A stretch of 64,000 nucleotides of DNA. It comes from an uncultured delta proteobacterium (GTDB lineage Bacteria; Desulfobacterota; Desulfobacteria; Desulfobacterales; QNYZ01). The notes under the pieces were generated by a model. It worked only from the letters and a program-made list of their open reading frames with translations. It was not told the origin of the DNA and did not search any database. Made by a program: the position numbers and the translations under genes. How positions within the stretch are numbered: position 1 is the stretch's first letter; every line of letters starts with the position of its first letter. This document shows positions 42,920 through 53,386 of this stretch, in pieces. The stretch is from the NCBI GenBank assembly GCA_963845145.1, contig CAWJQU010000005.1, positions 928,001 through 992,000 of the forward strand. The letters run 5' to 3'.

Positions 42920-44014
42920 ATGGCGACGAATCGATGGATGGCGACCGGAAATTATTTTACGTCATATAAAGATGAGCAACGCATTTTTTTAACGCATTTT
43001 GATAGGGTCATGTTTTGCGTTCTGTTGGTACTTGTGTTCGCGTGGCCCCTTCTTTTCCCCACGTCCGACCGAAACATGCTGGTGATTGACAATATCCTCA
43101 TCGCCATTGTGGCCATTCTCGGTTTGAATCTGCTGACCGGGTTTGCCGGTTTGATTTCCATCGGCCATGCCGCCTTTGTCGGTGTGGGGGCCTACACCCT
43201 GGCCTCTTTTTCACAAGTGTTGGGAGACAGCCATGTACTGATAACCCATGGTTGGCCGGTGATGATATTGATTTCCGGCTGCATGGGTGCCGCTTTCGGC
43301 GGTTTTGTCGGCTTGCCGGCCTTTCGGCTAAAACATTTATATCTGGCCATTGCCACCTTATCCTTTCAGATGATCTTTGAGTGGACGATCAATTTTATGA
43401 CTTTTTTTAACCAGGGCCAAACCATTTTTGTGGGGCGGGTGTTCTGGTTTACCGGTAAAGTTGCTCGCAAAGAGCACTATCTGTTCTGGTATTATGTGAT
43501 TCTGGTCGTTGTGGTCCTTGCAGGGCTGGCCGTGCGGAATATCCTTCGTACCCGATATGGGCGATGCCTGGTAGCGGTCCGGGATAATGATCGGGCCGCA
43601 GATGCCATGGGTATGTCCCCAGGATTGACCAAAGTATACGCCTTTGCCCTGGCCGGATTTTTTGCCGGTGTGGCCGGTGCACTGCACGCGTATCTATACC
43701 GGGGCGTTGGCTTTGAATCATTTACGTTGCACCATTCCATTTCCTATCTGGCCATGGCCATTGTGGGAGGTTTGGGAACGCTGACGGGATCATTTTTCGG
43801 TCCTATTGCCATTAACCTGCTTGAACTGCAGGTGGAAAACCTGTCGGAATACATTGGACATCTATTGCCGGCGGTAATGAACCTGACTACGGCGCTACGT
43901 CCATTGACATTTGGTCTGGTCATTGTATTATTCCTGATGTTCGAACCACGCGGCATCGCCAACTGGTGGCGGATTTCGCGAACCTATTTCAAACTTTGGC
44001 CGTTTCGTTATTAA
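42920..44014 (+). CDS. Liv-type ABC permease (LivM-like)
   Basis: GLNLLTGFAGLISIGHAAF, YLAIATL, AVRDN, IVGGLG. Confidence 0.92.
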   Translation: MATNRWMATGNYFTSYKDEQRIFLTHFDRVMFCVLLVLVFAWPLLFPTSDRNMLVIDNILIAIVAILGLNLLTGFAGLISIGHAAFVGVGAYTLASFSQVLGDSHVLITHGWPVMILISGCMGAAFGGFVGLPAFRLKHLYLAIATLSFQMIFEWTINFMTFFNQGQTIFVGRVFWFTGKVARKEHYLFWYYVILVVVVLAGLAVRNILRTRYGRCLVAVRDNDRAADAMGMSPGLTKVYAFALAGFFAGVAGALHAYLYRGVGFESFTLHHSISYLAMAIVGGLGTLTGSFFGPIAINLLELQVENLSEYIGHLLPAVMNLTTALRPLTFGLVIVLFLMFEPRGIANWWRISRTYFKLWPFRY

Positions 44015-44136
44015 ACCCGGCGCTTGGAAAGCAACCCCATTTGGAGTAAAAACAAGCTGCCGATCCTTTCGGGCCTCGGAAAACCGTTTTTTCGGGCATC
44101 TTTGTCAACACCGTTATTTAAATGAGGAGGAATTAA

Positions 44137-45363
44137 ATGAAAGCGAAAAAAGCGTATGTTATCCATTTTGGCCTGGCATTATTGCTGATCCTGGCCTTTG
44201 GGGCCCAGGTACAGGCAGGTGAAACTTACAAGCTGGGATTGTCGCTGGCCATCACCGGCCCGACATCTGATGCGGGGAACCCTTATTCCAAGGGCGTTGA
44301 GGATTATGTTAAGTATGTGAACGAAGAGAAAATGTTGGGTGATGACATGGTGGAATGTTTTATCCGGGACGACCAGTACAAAACGGATATCACCAAAAGA
44401 AATTTTGAAGATTTCATCGATGAAGGAATCGTACTGTACTTAAATTATTCAACAGGCAGCACCCTCGGGTTGAAGCGGGATTTCGAAGAAGAACAGATCG
44501 CCGTGATTCCGGCCTCTTTTCACGCTGGAAATCTGGACGAATCCAATTACATTTTTCTGCCCATTGCCTCCTATTCGAACCAGGTCGTTACTTTGTCTGA
44601 ATATGTGGTTGCCAACCACAAAGGGGATACCCCCAAAGTCGCCATGTTTATCCATCCTTCCGCATTCGGTCGTGGACCGGTTGAAGATACCCAAAAAGCG
44701 GTGGCCGCTGGATTGAAAATGGAGATCGTTGAAGTGGTGGAACACGGCAAGGATCTGGATAATACCGCAACACTGAAGCGCTTGTTGGATAAAAATGTTC
44801 AATACGTCATTTGTCACACGGTTCAATCTCCGGTTGCCACCTTGATCAAAGATGCTCAGCGGTTGGGTATGGTCGCCAAGACATTCGGCGAAGCCGGCAA
44901 AATAACCTTTCTCGGCGCCCACTACACCGGGGGAAATGACTTGACCGCGCTGGCTGGATCGGCCGCGGAAAATTTCTTTTGGACGACTTCCTACACCCTG
45001 ACCTCTGTTAAGGGTGCTGGAACTGATTTTCAGCTGGCCCTGGCCAAGCGTTACGGCCGCGATGAAAAGGCTGCCAACTCCCATAATTACACCAATGGCA
45101 TCATGGTTGCCCAGGTAGCTGTCGAGACCCTTATAAGGGCCAAAGCGAATGGTAAAAAGATTGATCGCAAAGCCCTTTATGAAGAATTGTTGGCCATGAA
45201 CGGTGATAAGGCATATGACCCCATGACCACGGTCGCTCCGGTGACTTACTCTAAAACCGATAAGGAAGGCGTGGATAAACTTCAGATTTATCGGGTGACG
45301 GGAGGGGCCTGGGAGGCTGTTGGTGAACCGATTAGTTCGGAATTTATGAAAAAGATCAAATAA
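44137..45363 (+). CDS. Liv-type ABC substrate-binding protein
   Basis: Signal peptide, ITGPTS, operon context, GAGGAG SD. Confidence 0.9.
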   Translation: MKAKKAYVIHFGLALLLILAFGAQVQAGETYKLGLSLAITGPTSDAGNPYSKGVEDYVKYVNEEKMLGDDMVECFIRDDQYKTDITKRNFEDFIDEGIVLYLNYSTGSTLGLKRDFEEEQIAVIPASFHAGNLDESNYIFLPIASYSNQVVTLSEYVVANHKGDTPKVAMFIHPSAFGRGPVEDTQKAVAAGLKMEIVEVVEHGKDLDNTATLKRLLDKNVQYVICHTVQSPVATLIKDAQRLGMVAKTFGEAGKITFLGAHYTGGNDLTALAGSAAENFFWTTSYTLTSVKGAGTDFQLALAKRYGRDEKAANSHNYTNGIMVAQVAVETLIRAKANGKKIDRKALYEELLAMNGDKAYDPMTTVAPVTYSKTDKEGVDKLQIYRVTGGAWEAVGEPISSEFMKKIK

Positions 45364-45390
45364 TTGATATAAAGCGAAAACTAATAAGCC

Positions 45391-45418
45391 GGCATGGGTG
45401 GCGATAGTCGCCCATGCC
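45391..45418 (+). other. Intercistronic hairpin after the binding-protein gene (possible mRNA stabiliser)
   Basis: GGCATGGGTGGC-GATA-GTCGCCCATGCC with no U-tract. Confidence 0.55.
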
Positions 45419-45435
45419 CACATAGAAGATATATC

Positions 45436-46257
45436 ATGGTAAATGCATCCACCAACGGCACGTTACTCGAAGTCAATAACATCGAAGTGGTTTATAACGA
45501 TATCATTCAAGTGCTTCGAGGTGTCAGCCTGGACGTTCCCGAAGGGGGTATCGTTGCGCTTTTGGGGACCAACGGGGCTGGAAAAACCACGACGCTGCGG
45601 GCGATCAGCGGGTTGTTGAAGCCTGAAAACGGGTTTATCAAAGACGGTTACATCAAATTCGCCAATCATGATATCACCAACCAGCTTGGTACGGCGGTGG
45701 TCAAAAGGGGGGCTGTGATGGTTCCCGAAGGTCGGCGGGTGTTCAAGCATCTCAGCGTCAACGAAAACATTCGGGCCGGTTCCATCACCCGGAAGGATGG
45801 GGGCAAAAAAATTCGTCGGGACTTGGATTTGATGTACGAACATTTTCCCCGCCTGTCACGGGTTACCAACCGGTTGGCCGGATATTGTTCCGGCGGGGAA
45901 CAGCAGATGATTGCCATCGCCCGGGCCTTGATGGCCGCACCCAAGATGCTCATGCTTGATGAGCCCTCTTTGGGACTGGCACCGCTTTTGGTTAAAGAAA
46001 TATTTGAAAATGTCGAACGAATCAATAAAGAGATGCAAACGACGATTCTGGTGGTCGAACAAAACGCCAAGATCGCCCTGGGATTGTCGGATTATGCCTA
46101 TATCATGGAGTCCGGCAAAATTGTTCTGGAAGGCCCGTCCAAAGATTTGAAAAAAAATCCGGATGTTAAAGAATTCTACATGGGCATCACCCAGGGCGGG
46201 GGGCGCAAATCCTTTAAAGAGGTCAAATCGTATAAACGGCGAAAACGTTGGATGTAG
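45436..46257 (+). CDS. Liv-type ABC transporter ATPase (LivF-like)
   Basis: GTNGAGKT, VPEGRRVF, SGGEQQM, DEPSLGLAP, VEQNA. Confidence 0.93.
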   Translation: MVNASTNGTLLEVNNIEVVYNDIIQVLRGVSLDVPEGGIVALLGTNGAGKTTTLRAISGLLKPENGFIKDGYIKFANHDITNQLGTAVVKRGAVMVPEGRRVFKHLSVNENIRAGSITRKDGGKKIRRDLDLMYEHFPRLSRVTNRLAGYCSGGEQQMIAIARALMAAPKMLMLDEPSLGLAPLLVKEIFENVERINKEMQTTILVVEQNAKIALGLSDYAYIMESGKIVLEGPSKDLKKNPDVKEFYMGITQGGGRKSFKEVKSYKRRKRWM

Positions 46258-46300
46258 CACATCTTTCGTCGGCATCGGCCTTTAATCGGGAGAGAGTCGA

Positions 46301-46693
46301 ATGAATTTTTTAGTGGGATACAATGGGTCAAAAGCCGCCAAATCTGCGTTAACCATGGCCAAGGATTTTGCAAAGGTCTTCGATGCCAAGGTTTATGTTC
46401 TGGTTTCCATGGAGGGAGGCACCTCAGAGAAAATCGAGGAGATAGAAAAGGCTCGTTCGGATCTTGAATATGCCGGAAGTTTTTTAAAAGAGGCCGCTGT
46501 GGATTGTGAGGTCAGGGAGATGGTCCGGGGTTTGTCCCCGGCTGAAGACCTGGTCCGATTCGCCACGGATAATGCGATTGATCACCTATTCGTCGGCATC
46601 GAGAAAAAAACCCGTACGCGTAAGATACTGCTCGGCTCAACCGCCCAATATGTCATTCTAAAAGCGCCCTGCCCGGTGACATCGGTCAAATAA
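46301..46693 (+). CDS. Universal stress protein
   Basis: LVGYNGS and LLGSTAQYVILKAPCPV. Confidence 0.92.
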   Translation: MNFLVGYNGSKAAKSALTMAKDFAKVFDAKVYVLVSMEGGTSEKIEEIEKARSDLEYAGSFLKEAAVDCEVREMVRGLSPAEDLVRFATDNAIDHLFVGIEKKTRTRKILLGSTAQYVILKAPCPVTSVK

Positions 46694-46714
46694 AACGAAA
46701 TTTTCAAGAATTGC

Positions 46715-46742
46715 TTGACATTACAGAAATAACCGTTAAAAT
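46715..46742 (+). promoter_or_regulatory. Sigma70 promoter of the cold-shock gene, implying a 5' UTR of about 125 nt
   Basis: TTGACA-N16-TAAAAT. Confidence 0.6.
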
Positions 46743-46873
46743 TGCGATAGTTGCTTGGGGCCGGTTGCGGCCTATCGATCGTTTCTTGCCGAAGGTAGAT
46801 CCATTCATTAGCAATGGCGACCTGAAGTTTGGAACACAAGCGTTTTGTAAAGTTTAATTAGGAGGGTGTCACA

Positions 46874-47074
46874 ATGACGAACGGCGTGGTTAAGTGGTTT
46901 AGTGAGAAAAAGGGTTATGGGTTTATCGAACAAGAAGACGGCCCGGATGTATTTGTACATTTTTCAGGGATCAACTCGGATGGCTTTAAAACACTAAATG
47001 AAGGCGACCGGGTTACGTTTGACATCGAGCAGGGGCAAAAAGGCCCATCGGCTGTGAATGTGACGGCTGCTTAG
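46874..47074 (+). CDS. Cold-shock protein (CspA family)
   Basis: [24 protein letters not shown]. Confidence 0.97.
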   Translation: MTNGVVKWFSEKKGYGFIEQEDGPDVFVHFSGINSDGFKTLNEGDRVTFDIEQGQKGPSAVNVTAA

Positions 47075-47105
47075 CGTAAACTCGGTTCGCTAAAAAAAGA
47101 AATAG

Positions 47106-47145
47106 AAAGGGCGCTTGCAGGAAACTGATCGGGCGCCCTTTTTTT
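47106..47145 (+). terminator. Intrinsic terminator
   Basis: AAAGGGCGC...GCGCCC followed by a T-tract, between convergent genes. Confidence 0.8.
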
Positions 47146-47170
47146 GCTTAGGCCATCTGTATATGCGACT

Positions 47171-48262
47171 TCAATCCAGCGGTGAAGGCTTGATGGAAAG
47201 ATGGCGCGCCCGAATTTTTTGAATATCTTTTTGTCTTATCTTTTTTGGTTTTTGGGCCAGTATCCGGCAGGTATCATAAAATTGCTTAAGATCCCCCTTG
47301 GTCTCTTGGATCAATATTTCAAATGCTGGAACCAGCTGATAATAGGTCGTTACGGTATTGATTTTGGCATTGTTGATCGGCGCCTCAAACCACGCATCAT
47401 ACCCGGAATACCCGTGCCATTGTTGTTTTAATTTTTGATATTGTGCTCTAAAAGCGTTTATTGTTTCTTCTTTTTGGGATCGTTTCTCCGCGAGAGGTAT
47501 CTCTTCCAGATATATTTTTTTCAGTTGATTCCGGTAGGTCATAACATGTGTGGCAAAGGCGGTCTCTCGTTTACGCGAAACCAAATATTCCTCATAGGCC
47601 TGCGGATTATTTGTAGCCAGCGCCCAGCGGCGAATTCCCTCCTGTTCCACAGCCGTGGCAAAACTTTCATTGAACATGGTATCATCCTCGACATAGAGGA
47701 CCTGATGGGCCAGTTCATGAAAAAGGATTCGCGCCAATCCGGCTTGGGAACGGTTAATCACCGTGCTTAAAACCGGATCGTTAAACCAACCCAGCGTAGA
47801 ATAGGCCGCCACATGGCCGATATGAACATCCCAGCCTTTATTTTTTAAATTATCGGCATAGCGGCGGGCATTTTTTTCCGAAAAATAGCCGCGATATGCG
47901 GTGTGCCCGACAATGGGAAAACGCCACGTCTTGGGGGAGAAAGAAAATTCAGGGGCTGCGAAAATCGTCCAAACCACATAAGGCCGATCCAGGGCTACAT
48001 AGGTGAGGTAATGATCTTTAACCGGCAGCCTAAGTGTTTTGGCGGCAAACTCCCTCAGGTCGAGGACCTGTTGGAGTTTGATTTTGAGTTTCTCCGGTGT
48101 CTCCGGTTCGGCTAGTATTCGGGCGATGGGTCGGCGTTTGGTGATAATAGCGGTTTGGCCCTGGATGGCCTGGCCATAGTAATGGATTGACTCGCAACCG
48201 GCTAAAGCCAATATCAATAATAGAAATAGTGAAATTTGAATATGATGAAGCGTTGCACGCAT
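47171..48262 (-). CDS. Putative zinc aminopeptidase lipoprotein (DUF2265-like)
   Basis: Lipobox LAGC, YRGYF, AYSTLGWFNDP, FHELAH, FNESFA. Confidence 0.88.
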   Translation of the reverse strand: MRATLHHIQISLFLLLILALAGCESIHYYGQAIQGQTAIITKRRPIARILAEPETPEKLKIKLQQVLDLREFAAKTLRLPVKDHYLTYVALDRPYVVWTIFAAPEFSFSPKTWRFPIVGHTAYRGYFSEKNARRYADNLKNKGWDVHIGHVAAYSTLGWFNDPVLSTVINRSQAGLARILFHELAHQVLYVEDDTMFNESFATAVEQEGIRRWALATNNPQAYEEYLVSRKRETAFATHVMTYRNQLKKIYLEEIPLAEKRSQKEETINAFRAQYQKLKQQWHGYSGYDAWFEAPINNAKINTVTTYYQLVPAFEILIQETKGDLKQFYDTCRILAQKPKKIRQKDIQKIRARHLSIKPSPLD

Positions 48263-48263
48263 A

Positions 48264-49226
48264 TCAATTGAGCGACAATAAATGCCTTACCATTCGGTTG
48301 CGCACCTCATCCCACACCTTCGGGCCTAAAGAGTCTTCGTCAATGATGAGATGGTGCAGTCCCGTTTTGACACCCACGGGTCCTTTTTGCAACCGGTGTA
48401 GTTTCCAACGGGTCAACCTTTCCGCTTGAATCATGCGTTTTAAGCCTCGAAGGGATATCAACTCGTCTTTGGGATCTATAAAAATAATGGTGGGTACATT
48501 GAGTTGGGGGCCTAAATGCGTTTTAAAGTGCGTGATGGTGCTGAAGAGCGTATTATACGCGGCCATTGGGGTTCCTGCGTTGGCGCGATAAGATGTGGAA
48601 GAATAGCTGGGGATAACCAGACGCGGAAAAGGGGAGAGCCACTTTAATCCGTAACCCATGGTTATCGTAAACGCCGGCGCAAAGAGTGCCATTTTGTCAA
48701 AGCGGACATTCGGTCGAGAGGCAAAAAGGTCACTTCCCAGCAAGGCGCCATAGGAAAATGCCACTAAAAAAAGAGGGACATTTTGTTCGTTGCTTCTTTG
48801 TTTGGCATAGAGATAGGCGTGATGGGCCTCCTGGAACCAAACGGAATGCGATACGGTTTTAAATGCTTTCATACGCGCCTGACTGGAACTCAAGCGACTA
48901 TCTACCTCGTGGTTTTTTCCATGACCCCGCAAAGACAGATTAAGAACCGCCACCCCGGAAGTGGTGAGGGTGGAAATCAATGCCACCATTTTATCCGGTC
49001 GCAAATTTAATCCGTGAATCACCAATGCCACACCGTTGATGTGACCAGGGTTTGCCGCGTCAAACCATTTAACCGAACGATCCAGAGCATTGGCGTTTTG
49101 GGAGAGATCTTGGGCAAGTGTCTTGGGATTCGACCCGTCATGGGATCGGGCGGCACAACCGCAAACGATGGCCACCGCCAGGAAAACGATAAAAAAACGA
49201 CGGTGAAGAGGCTTTAATATCGGCAT
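48264..49226 (-). CDS. Alpha/beta hydrolase, probable lipoprotein
   Basis: VIHGLN, LRGHG, AFSYG, DELIS, HHL; signal peptide ending in GC. Confidence 0.8.
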   Translation of the reverse strand: MPILKPLHRRFFIVFLAVAIVCGCAARSHDGSNPKTLAQDLSQNANALDRSVKWFDAANPGHINGVALVIHGLNLRPDKMVALISTLTTSGVAVLNLSLRGHGKNHEVDSRLSSSQARMKAFKTVSHSVWFQEAHHAYLYAKQRSNEQNVPLFLVAFSYGALLGSDLFASRPNVRFDKMALFAPAFTITMGYGLKWLSPFPRLVIPSYSSTSYRANAGTPMAAYNTLFSTITHFKTHLGPQLNVPTIIFIDPKDELISLRGLKRMIQAERLTRWKLHRLQKGPVGVKTGLHHLIIDEDSLGPKVWDEVRNRMVRHLLSLN

Positions 49227-49235
49227 CAGCCTGGC

Positions 49236-49859
49236 CTATTTTTTAATTGTCTTGCCAATATTCATAAGCTCGGAAAGCGGTTCCGGTTGCGGGCTCATCT
49301 GCTTGACCTGCTCATGCCGGAAACAATCGGTCGTATGGTCATTGACCATCCCGACGGCCTGCATGAAGGCGTAGCAGATAGTCGGCCCGACAAATTTAAA
49401 CCCACTCGATTTGAGTTCCTTACTCATGGTCTTCGACAGCGGAGTGGCCGCAGGTACCTGGGCCTGATTTTTCCAATGGTTCTGAATGGGGGTACCCTCA
49501 ACAAAGCGCCAGATGAAGGAACTAAAAGAACCGAACTGGGCTTGAATATTTAAAAAAGCCCGCGCGTTTGAGATAGTAGCCGTTATCTTGAGCCGGTTTC
49601 GAATGATCGCCGGATTGGACAACAGCGCGGTTGTTTTCTCCGTGGAATATTGCGCGATGGTTTCGGGGTCGAAATGATCAAAGGCCTGCCGGTAGCCCTC
49701 TCTTTTATTCAAAATGGTCGACCAACTCAGTCCCGCCTGGGCGCCTTCCAAAATGAGAAACTCGAATAAGCGGCGATCGACATGCAATGGGACCCCCCAC
49801 TCATGATCATGATACGTTTGTTCTAATGGTGTCCTTAAAGCCCATTGGCAGCGATTCAT
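49236..49859 (-). CDS. tag: DNA-3-methyladenine glycosylase I
   Basis: RCQW, YHDHEWG, LEGAQAGLSW, IIRNRLKI, GFKFVGPTICYAFMQAVGMVNDH...C. Confidence 0.95.
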   Translation of the reverse strand: MNRCQWALRTPLEQTYHDHEWGVPLHVDRRLFEFLILEGAQAGLSWSTILNKREGYRQAFDHFDPETIAQYSTEKTTALLSNPAIIRNRLKITATISNARAFLNIQAQFGSFSSFIWRFVEGTPIQNHWKNQAQVPAATPLSKTMSKELKSSGFKFVGPTICYAFMQAVGMVNDHTTDCFRHEQVKQMSPQPEPLSELMNIGKTIKK

Positions 49860-49868
49860 ATTATTTCC

Positions 49869-50063
49869 TTAACAGTGGTCGGTTTGGGCCGTGTCGGGGC
49901 GCAAGGATTCGATCAGGACTTCCAATGCTTCTTGTGCTTCCGACAAGGCCTTGCTGGGATCAGGGCAATCGGTGATCCAGGCCGCCGATTCGTCCATTGC
50001 GCCGGATAGTAAATGGGCCAGGCGGCGACATACACTTTGTATGTATAGCAGGGTGGAATCCAT
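49869..50063 (-). CDS. Small hypothetical protein
   Basis: 64-aa ATG ORF ending just before the tag SD. No family recognised. Confidence 0.4.
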   Translation of the reverse strand: MDSTLLYIQSVCRRLAHLLSGAMDESAAWITDCPDPSKALSEAQEALEVLIESLRPDTAQTDHC

Positions 50064-50154
50064 ATCAAGCCGGGGTTGTCAATTTAGCCATTAGTTTGAT
50101 ACATAGAGCCAAATGACCGCTAACAATATTTTAAATGAAAGGTGGGAGTAAATT

Positions 50155-50655
50155 ATGTCCGATTCTGCAGCCCTGACAATATTAAAAAGAGCCATCCTTT
50201 TGGAGACGCGCGGCAAAGCCTTTTACAAAAAAGCTGCCGATGATGCTGAAGATAAAGCGATTAAAGAGTTTTTCCAGATGATGGCGTCTGAAGAGGTAAG
50301 CCATATTAAAATTTTATCGGAACAATACAAATCTTACCAGGCCAACGGCAAATTCGTTCCACGTTCAGCCGATGAGGCTTCCGCGACTGCCGCGGATCAG
50401 ATTATTACCGATCAAATAAAAAACAATATTGCAGCGGCCGGATTCGAATCGGCCGCTATCTCTGCGGCTATGGGAATGGAAGAGCGCGCCATCAAACTAT
50501 ACTCCCAGCGGGCCGGCGAAGCGACCGATCCAGTAGAGAAGGCGCTTTACCAATGGCTGGCCGAGTGGGAATCCCAACACCTGGAGATGTTGGCCAAAAT
50601 CGATCGTGAAGTAACGGAAACCATTTGGCATGACAACAACTTCTGGCCCATGTGA
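50155..50655 (+). CDS. Rubrerythrin-like ferritin-family protein
   Basis: Paired E...FY...EExxH and E...Y...WExxH diiron motifs. Confidence 0.9.
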   Translation: MSDSAALTILKRAILLETRGKAFYKKAADDAEDKAIKEFFQMMASEEVSHIKILSEQYKSYQANGKFVPRSADEASATAADQIITDQIKNNIAAAGFESAAISAAMGMEERAIKLYSQRAGEATDPVEKALYQWLAEWESQHLEMLAKIDREVTETIWHDNNFWPM

Positions 50656-50677
50656 TACGCATACCATACAAATTAGC

Positions 50678-50704
50678 TAAAGGTTTTTTTATAAATTGCG
50701 ATAC
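50678..50704 (+). promoter_or_regulatory. Possible sigma28-type promoter
   Basis: TAAAGGTT-N11-TGCGATAC. Confidence 0.45.
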
Positions 50705-50799
50705 TATAATTAGGTATCTTAAGGTTAAGGGGGTGCCTTGGCGTCTAATATTTTGTAGCGCTTCATAGCCGTGGTGTTTAAAAAGTAAAGGAGTTCTGG

Positions 50800-51693
50800 A
50801 TGTCAATCCGGATGTCAATAATGATTCGGATCCAATGGATATTTCCGCTTTTTTTATGGTTTATTGTGGTTGGTCCATGTTACGCAGATCAAACCATTGA
50901 GGCAAAGAGGGTTGATCTGCCACCGGTTATTGACGGCAAGGCCGATGATCCTGCCTGGCAAAAAGCCAATTTCATCGTTACCCATGATAAAATTGCCGAT
51001 ATATCCATAAAAATAAAATCCGTTTACACGCCAACGACTATTTTCTTCCTTGTTCAGTTCCCAGACAGCGACGAGTCCCGCCTGCATAAACCCTGGATTT
51101 GGAATAAAGCCAAAAAGTTGTATGAAGTCGGTCCCGATCGCGAGGATAGTTTCCTTTTTAAATGGGCCATGAGCGATGGTGTTACCGATTTGGGGGTCTA
51201 TGCAAATGAACCGTATACTGCGGATATCTGGTTTTGGAAAGCCCACCGTACCGATCCATCCGGCCATGCCGATGATAAATTTCAAATATTATCTAAAAAC
51301 CCATTACCAAGAGCAAAACCAATAGAATCCGTCAGTGGCCAAAAAATGTATCTTAAAAGAAGCGGTGATGCTGGAAAATCAGCGTATACATCTTCGATCC
51401 ATATTGAATATGAAGGTGATAAGCTGCCTCAGTTTATTAGCCGCGATCCGTCCGGCAGTCGTGCCGATATCAGGGCCAAAGGGGTCTGGCATAATCATCA
51501 ATGGTATATCGAGTTTTCTCGTGGGTTAGAAACACAGCACAGCGATGATATTCAGTTTGACTTATCCAAGGGCCATTTTTTCGGTGTATCACGATACGAA
51601 ATCGCGGCCAGAAAATCCGATCCGAACCTCTCCCAACCCTTGTATGGATCCGGTGATGTTAATGAAAAATTGACCCTCATATTAAAACCTTGA
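50800..51693 (+). CDS. Exported ethylbenzene-dehydrogenase-gamma-related (DOMON-like, putative heme-binding) protein
   Basis: Signal peptide, PVIDG...[17 protein letters not shown]...WYIEFSR...DDIQF. Confidence 0.75.
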   Translation: MSIRMSIMIRIQWIFPLFLWFIVVGPCYADQTIEAKRVDLPPVIDGKADDPAWQKANFIVTHDKIADISIKIKSVYTPTTIFFLVQFPDSDESRLHKPWIWNKAKKLYEVGPDREDSFLFKWAMSDGVTDLGVYANEPYTADIWFWKAHRTDPSGHADDKFQILSKNPLPRAKPIESVSGQKMYLKRSGDAGKSAYTSSIHIEYEGDKLPQFISRDPSGSRADIRAKGVWHNHQWYIEFSRGLETQHSDDIQFDLSKGHFFGVSRYEIAARKSDPNLSQPLYGSGDVNEKLTLILKP

Positions 51694-51706
51694 GCAATTC
51701 CCATTG

Positions 51707-53314
51707 ATGTCCTTTAAAAAAATAAGAAACCTGGGCTTCATCACCATGCTGTTGCTGTTTTTTCTCATGGGCAGCTTGCCAACCGCTCTTGTTTTTTATG
51801 TTTCCAGACAAAACGACACCTTTGTTAATCAAATACAATTGTTGAATCAATCCATCGATTTGGATTCAGCTTTTAGGAAAGTCGCCACATCCTTCACCAA
51901 AACGGTTACCCAATCAACGGGTGACTTTACCACGATTCTAAAGCACCTTGCCGGTATTGATGCTGAATTAAAAAAATTAGACGCATGTATGTCCGAGAAG
52001 TGTCTTTTGCTGACTCCGAAATATATTGAAGCTGTCGGACAGTTATTAAAGAATGTTCGGAAATTTAAAATCGCGGTTAACCTCTATCAAAACGAATTCG
52101 AATCGGATCCCACTACTGATCAAACATTTCAATTGGAGGAGTTGGCCAATAAAGCGTTCGAGGAGACGCATGAGATTTTTGCCGAATTTTCACGGATGAC
52201 GACCGAAGATGTTGAAAAAACCTATGGGACGGTCAACCGGTTGATTAATCGGTCGCAGATCATCGCATTGATTGGGTTCTTGATCGGTTTTCTGGTGGCT
52301 GTTTTGATCATGATTAAATTGGACCACGCCGTGAATCGACCCATAAAAACCCTGGTTAAAGGTGCCCAGGCTATCGAACGCGGTGAACTGGGGTACCGCA
52401 TCGAATTATCTACCGATGATGAATTCGGACATCTGGCCATGGCCTTTAATTCAATGAGCCAAAGTTTAAAGGAGGGTTTCGAAAAACAACAAGATCTTTC
52501 CACGCAGGCATTACAAGCGGCGGAATCGGAAAAAGAAAAATCCAGCCAATTGGCGGATGCCCTTGAAAAGGCCAATATCGCCAATCGTGCCAAAAGTGAA
52601 TTTTTAGCCAACATGAGTCATGAACTACGTACCCCCCTGAATCATGTCATCGGGTTTTCCGAGTTGGTGGTGGATGAAAGTGTGGGTGCCTTAAACGATG
52701 TCCAGAAAGAGTATCTCTCCGATGTGATCTCCAGCGGGAATCATCTACTCTCCCTGATTAACGATCTGCTTGATCTGTCCAAAGTCGAAGCAGGGAAGAT
52801 GGAATTTTCACCCGCTCGTATCTCACTGCAGTTGTTACTGGAAAATAGCCTGCTGGTGGTTAAAGAAAAAGCGATGAAAAATAATGTGACCCTTGAATAC
52901 CGGATGAACGACGCCCCGGAAACACTCATGGCCGATGAGCGCAAAATTAGGCAGGTCATTTACAATCTCCTAGCCAATGCCATCAAATTTACTCCCGCCG
53001 ACGGCACGGTCTTGTTATCTGCCACGGGTACCAATGAAACACCCAATATTGATGCTACCAACGAACAAGTCGTTACTATTTCAGTTCAGGACACAGGGAT
53101 CGGTATCGCCCCGGAACATCTTGACGCCATTTTTAATCCCTTTGAACAGGTAGAAAACACCCTGAGCCGGAAATACCAGGGAACGGGTTTGGGGTTGTCG
53201 CTCTCCAAACAATTCGTTGAGATGCACGGTGGCCGCATTTGGGTGGAAAGCGATGGGTTTGAGCGGGGGGCCACCTTTTCATTTACTATTCCTGACCAGC
53301 ATATCACAACGTAG
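51707..53314 (+). CDS. HAMP-containing membrane sensor histidine kinase (no receiver)
   Basis: Two TM segments, HAMP (DEFGHLA), [31 protein letters not shown]. Confidence 0.94.
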   Translation: MSFKKIRNLGFITMLLLFFLMGSLPTALVFYVSRQNDTFVNQIQLLNQSIDLDSAFRKVATSFTKTVTQSTGDFTTILKHLAGIDAELKKLDACMSEKCLLLTPKYIEAVGQLLKNVRKFKIAVNLYQNEFESDPTTDQTFQLEELANKAFEETHEIFAEFSRMTTEDVEKTYGTVNRLINRSQIIALIGFLIGFLVAVLIMIKLDHAVNRPIKTLVKGAQAIERGELGYRIELSTDDEFGHLAMAFNSMSQSLKEGFEKQQDLSTQALQAAESEKEKSSQLADALEKANIANRAKSEFLANMSHELRTPLNHVIGFSELVVDESVGALNDVQKEYLSDVISSGNHLLSLINDLLDLSKVEAGKMEFSPARISLQLLLENSLLVVKEKAMKNNVTLEYRMNDAPETLMADERKIRQVIYNLLANAIKFTPADGTVLLSATGTNETPNIDATNEQVVTISVQDTGIGIAPEHLDAIFNPFEQVENTLSRKYQGTGLGLSLSKQFVEMHGGRIWVESDGFERGATFSFTIPDQHITT

Positions 53315-53386
53315 TCTTACACCACACCCATACTATCAGAGATAAGGTTTTTAGCCCCATGATTTGGATAAACGTGGACTCCCTTT

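Noticed and set aside
44449..45423. 324-aa antisense ORF, and similar ones such as 29276-29938, 59257-59895, 61159-61812 and 13225-13845
   Set aside because: They lie largely or wholly opposite well-supported genes and show no motifs, so they are treated as codon-bias shadows.
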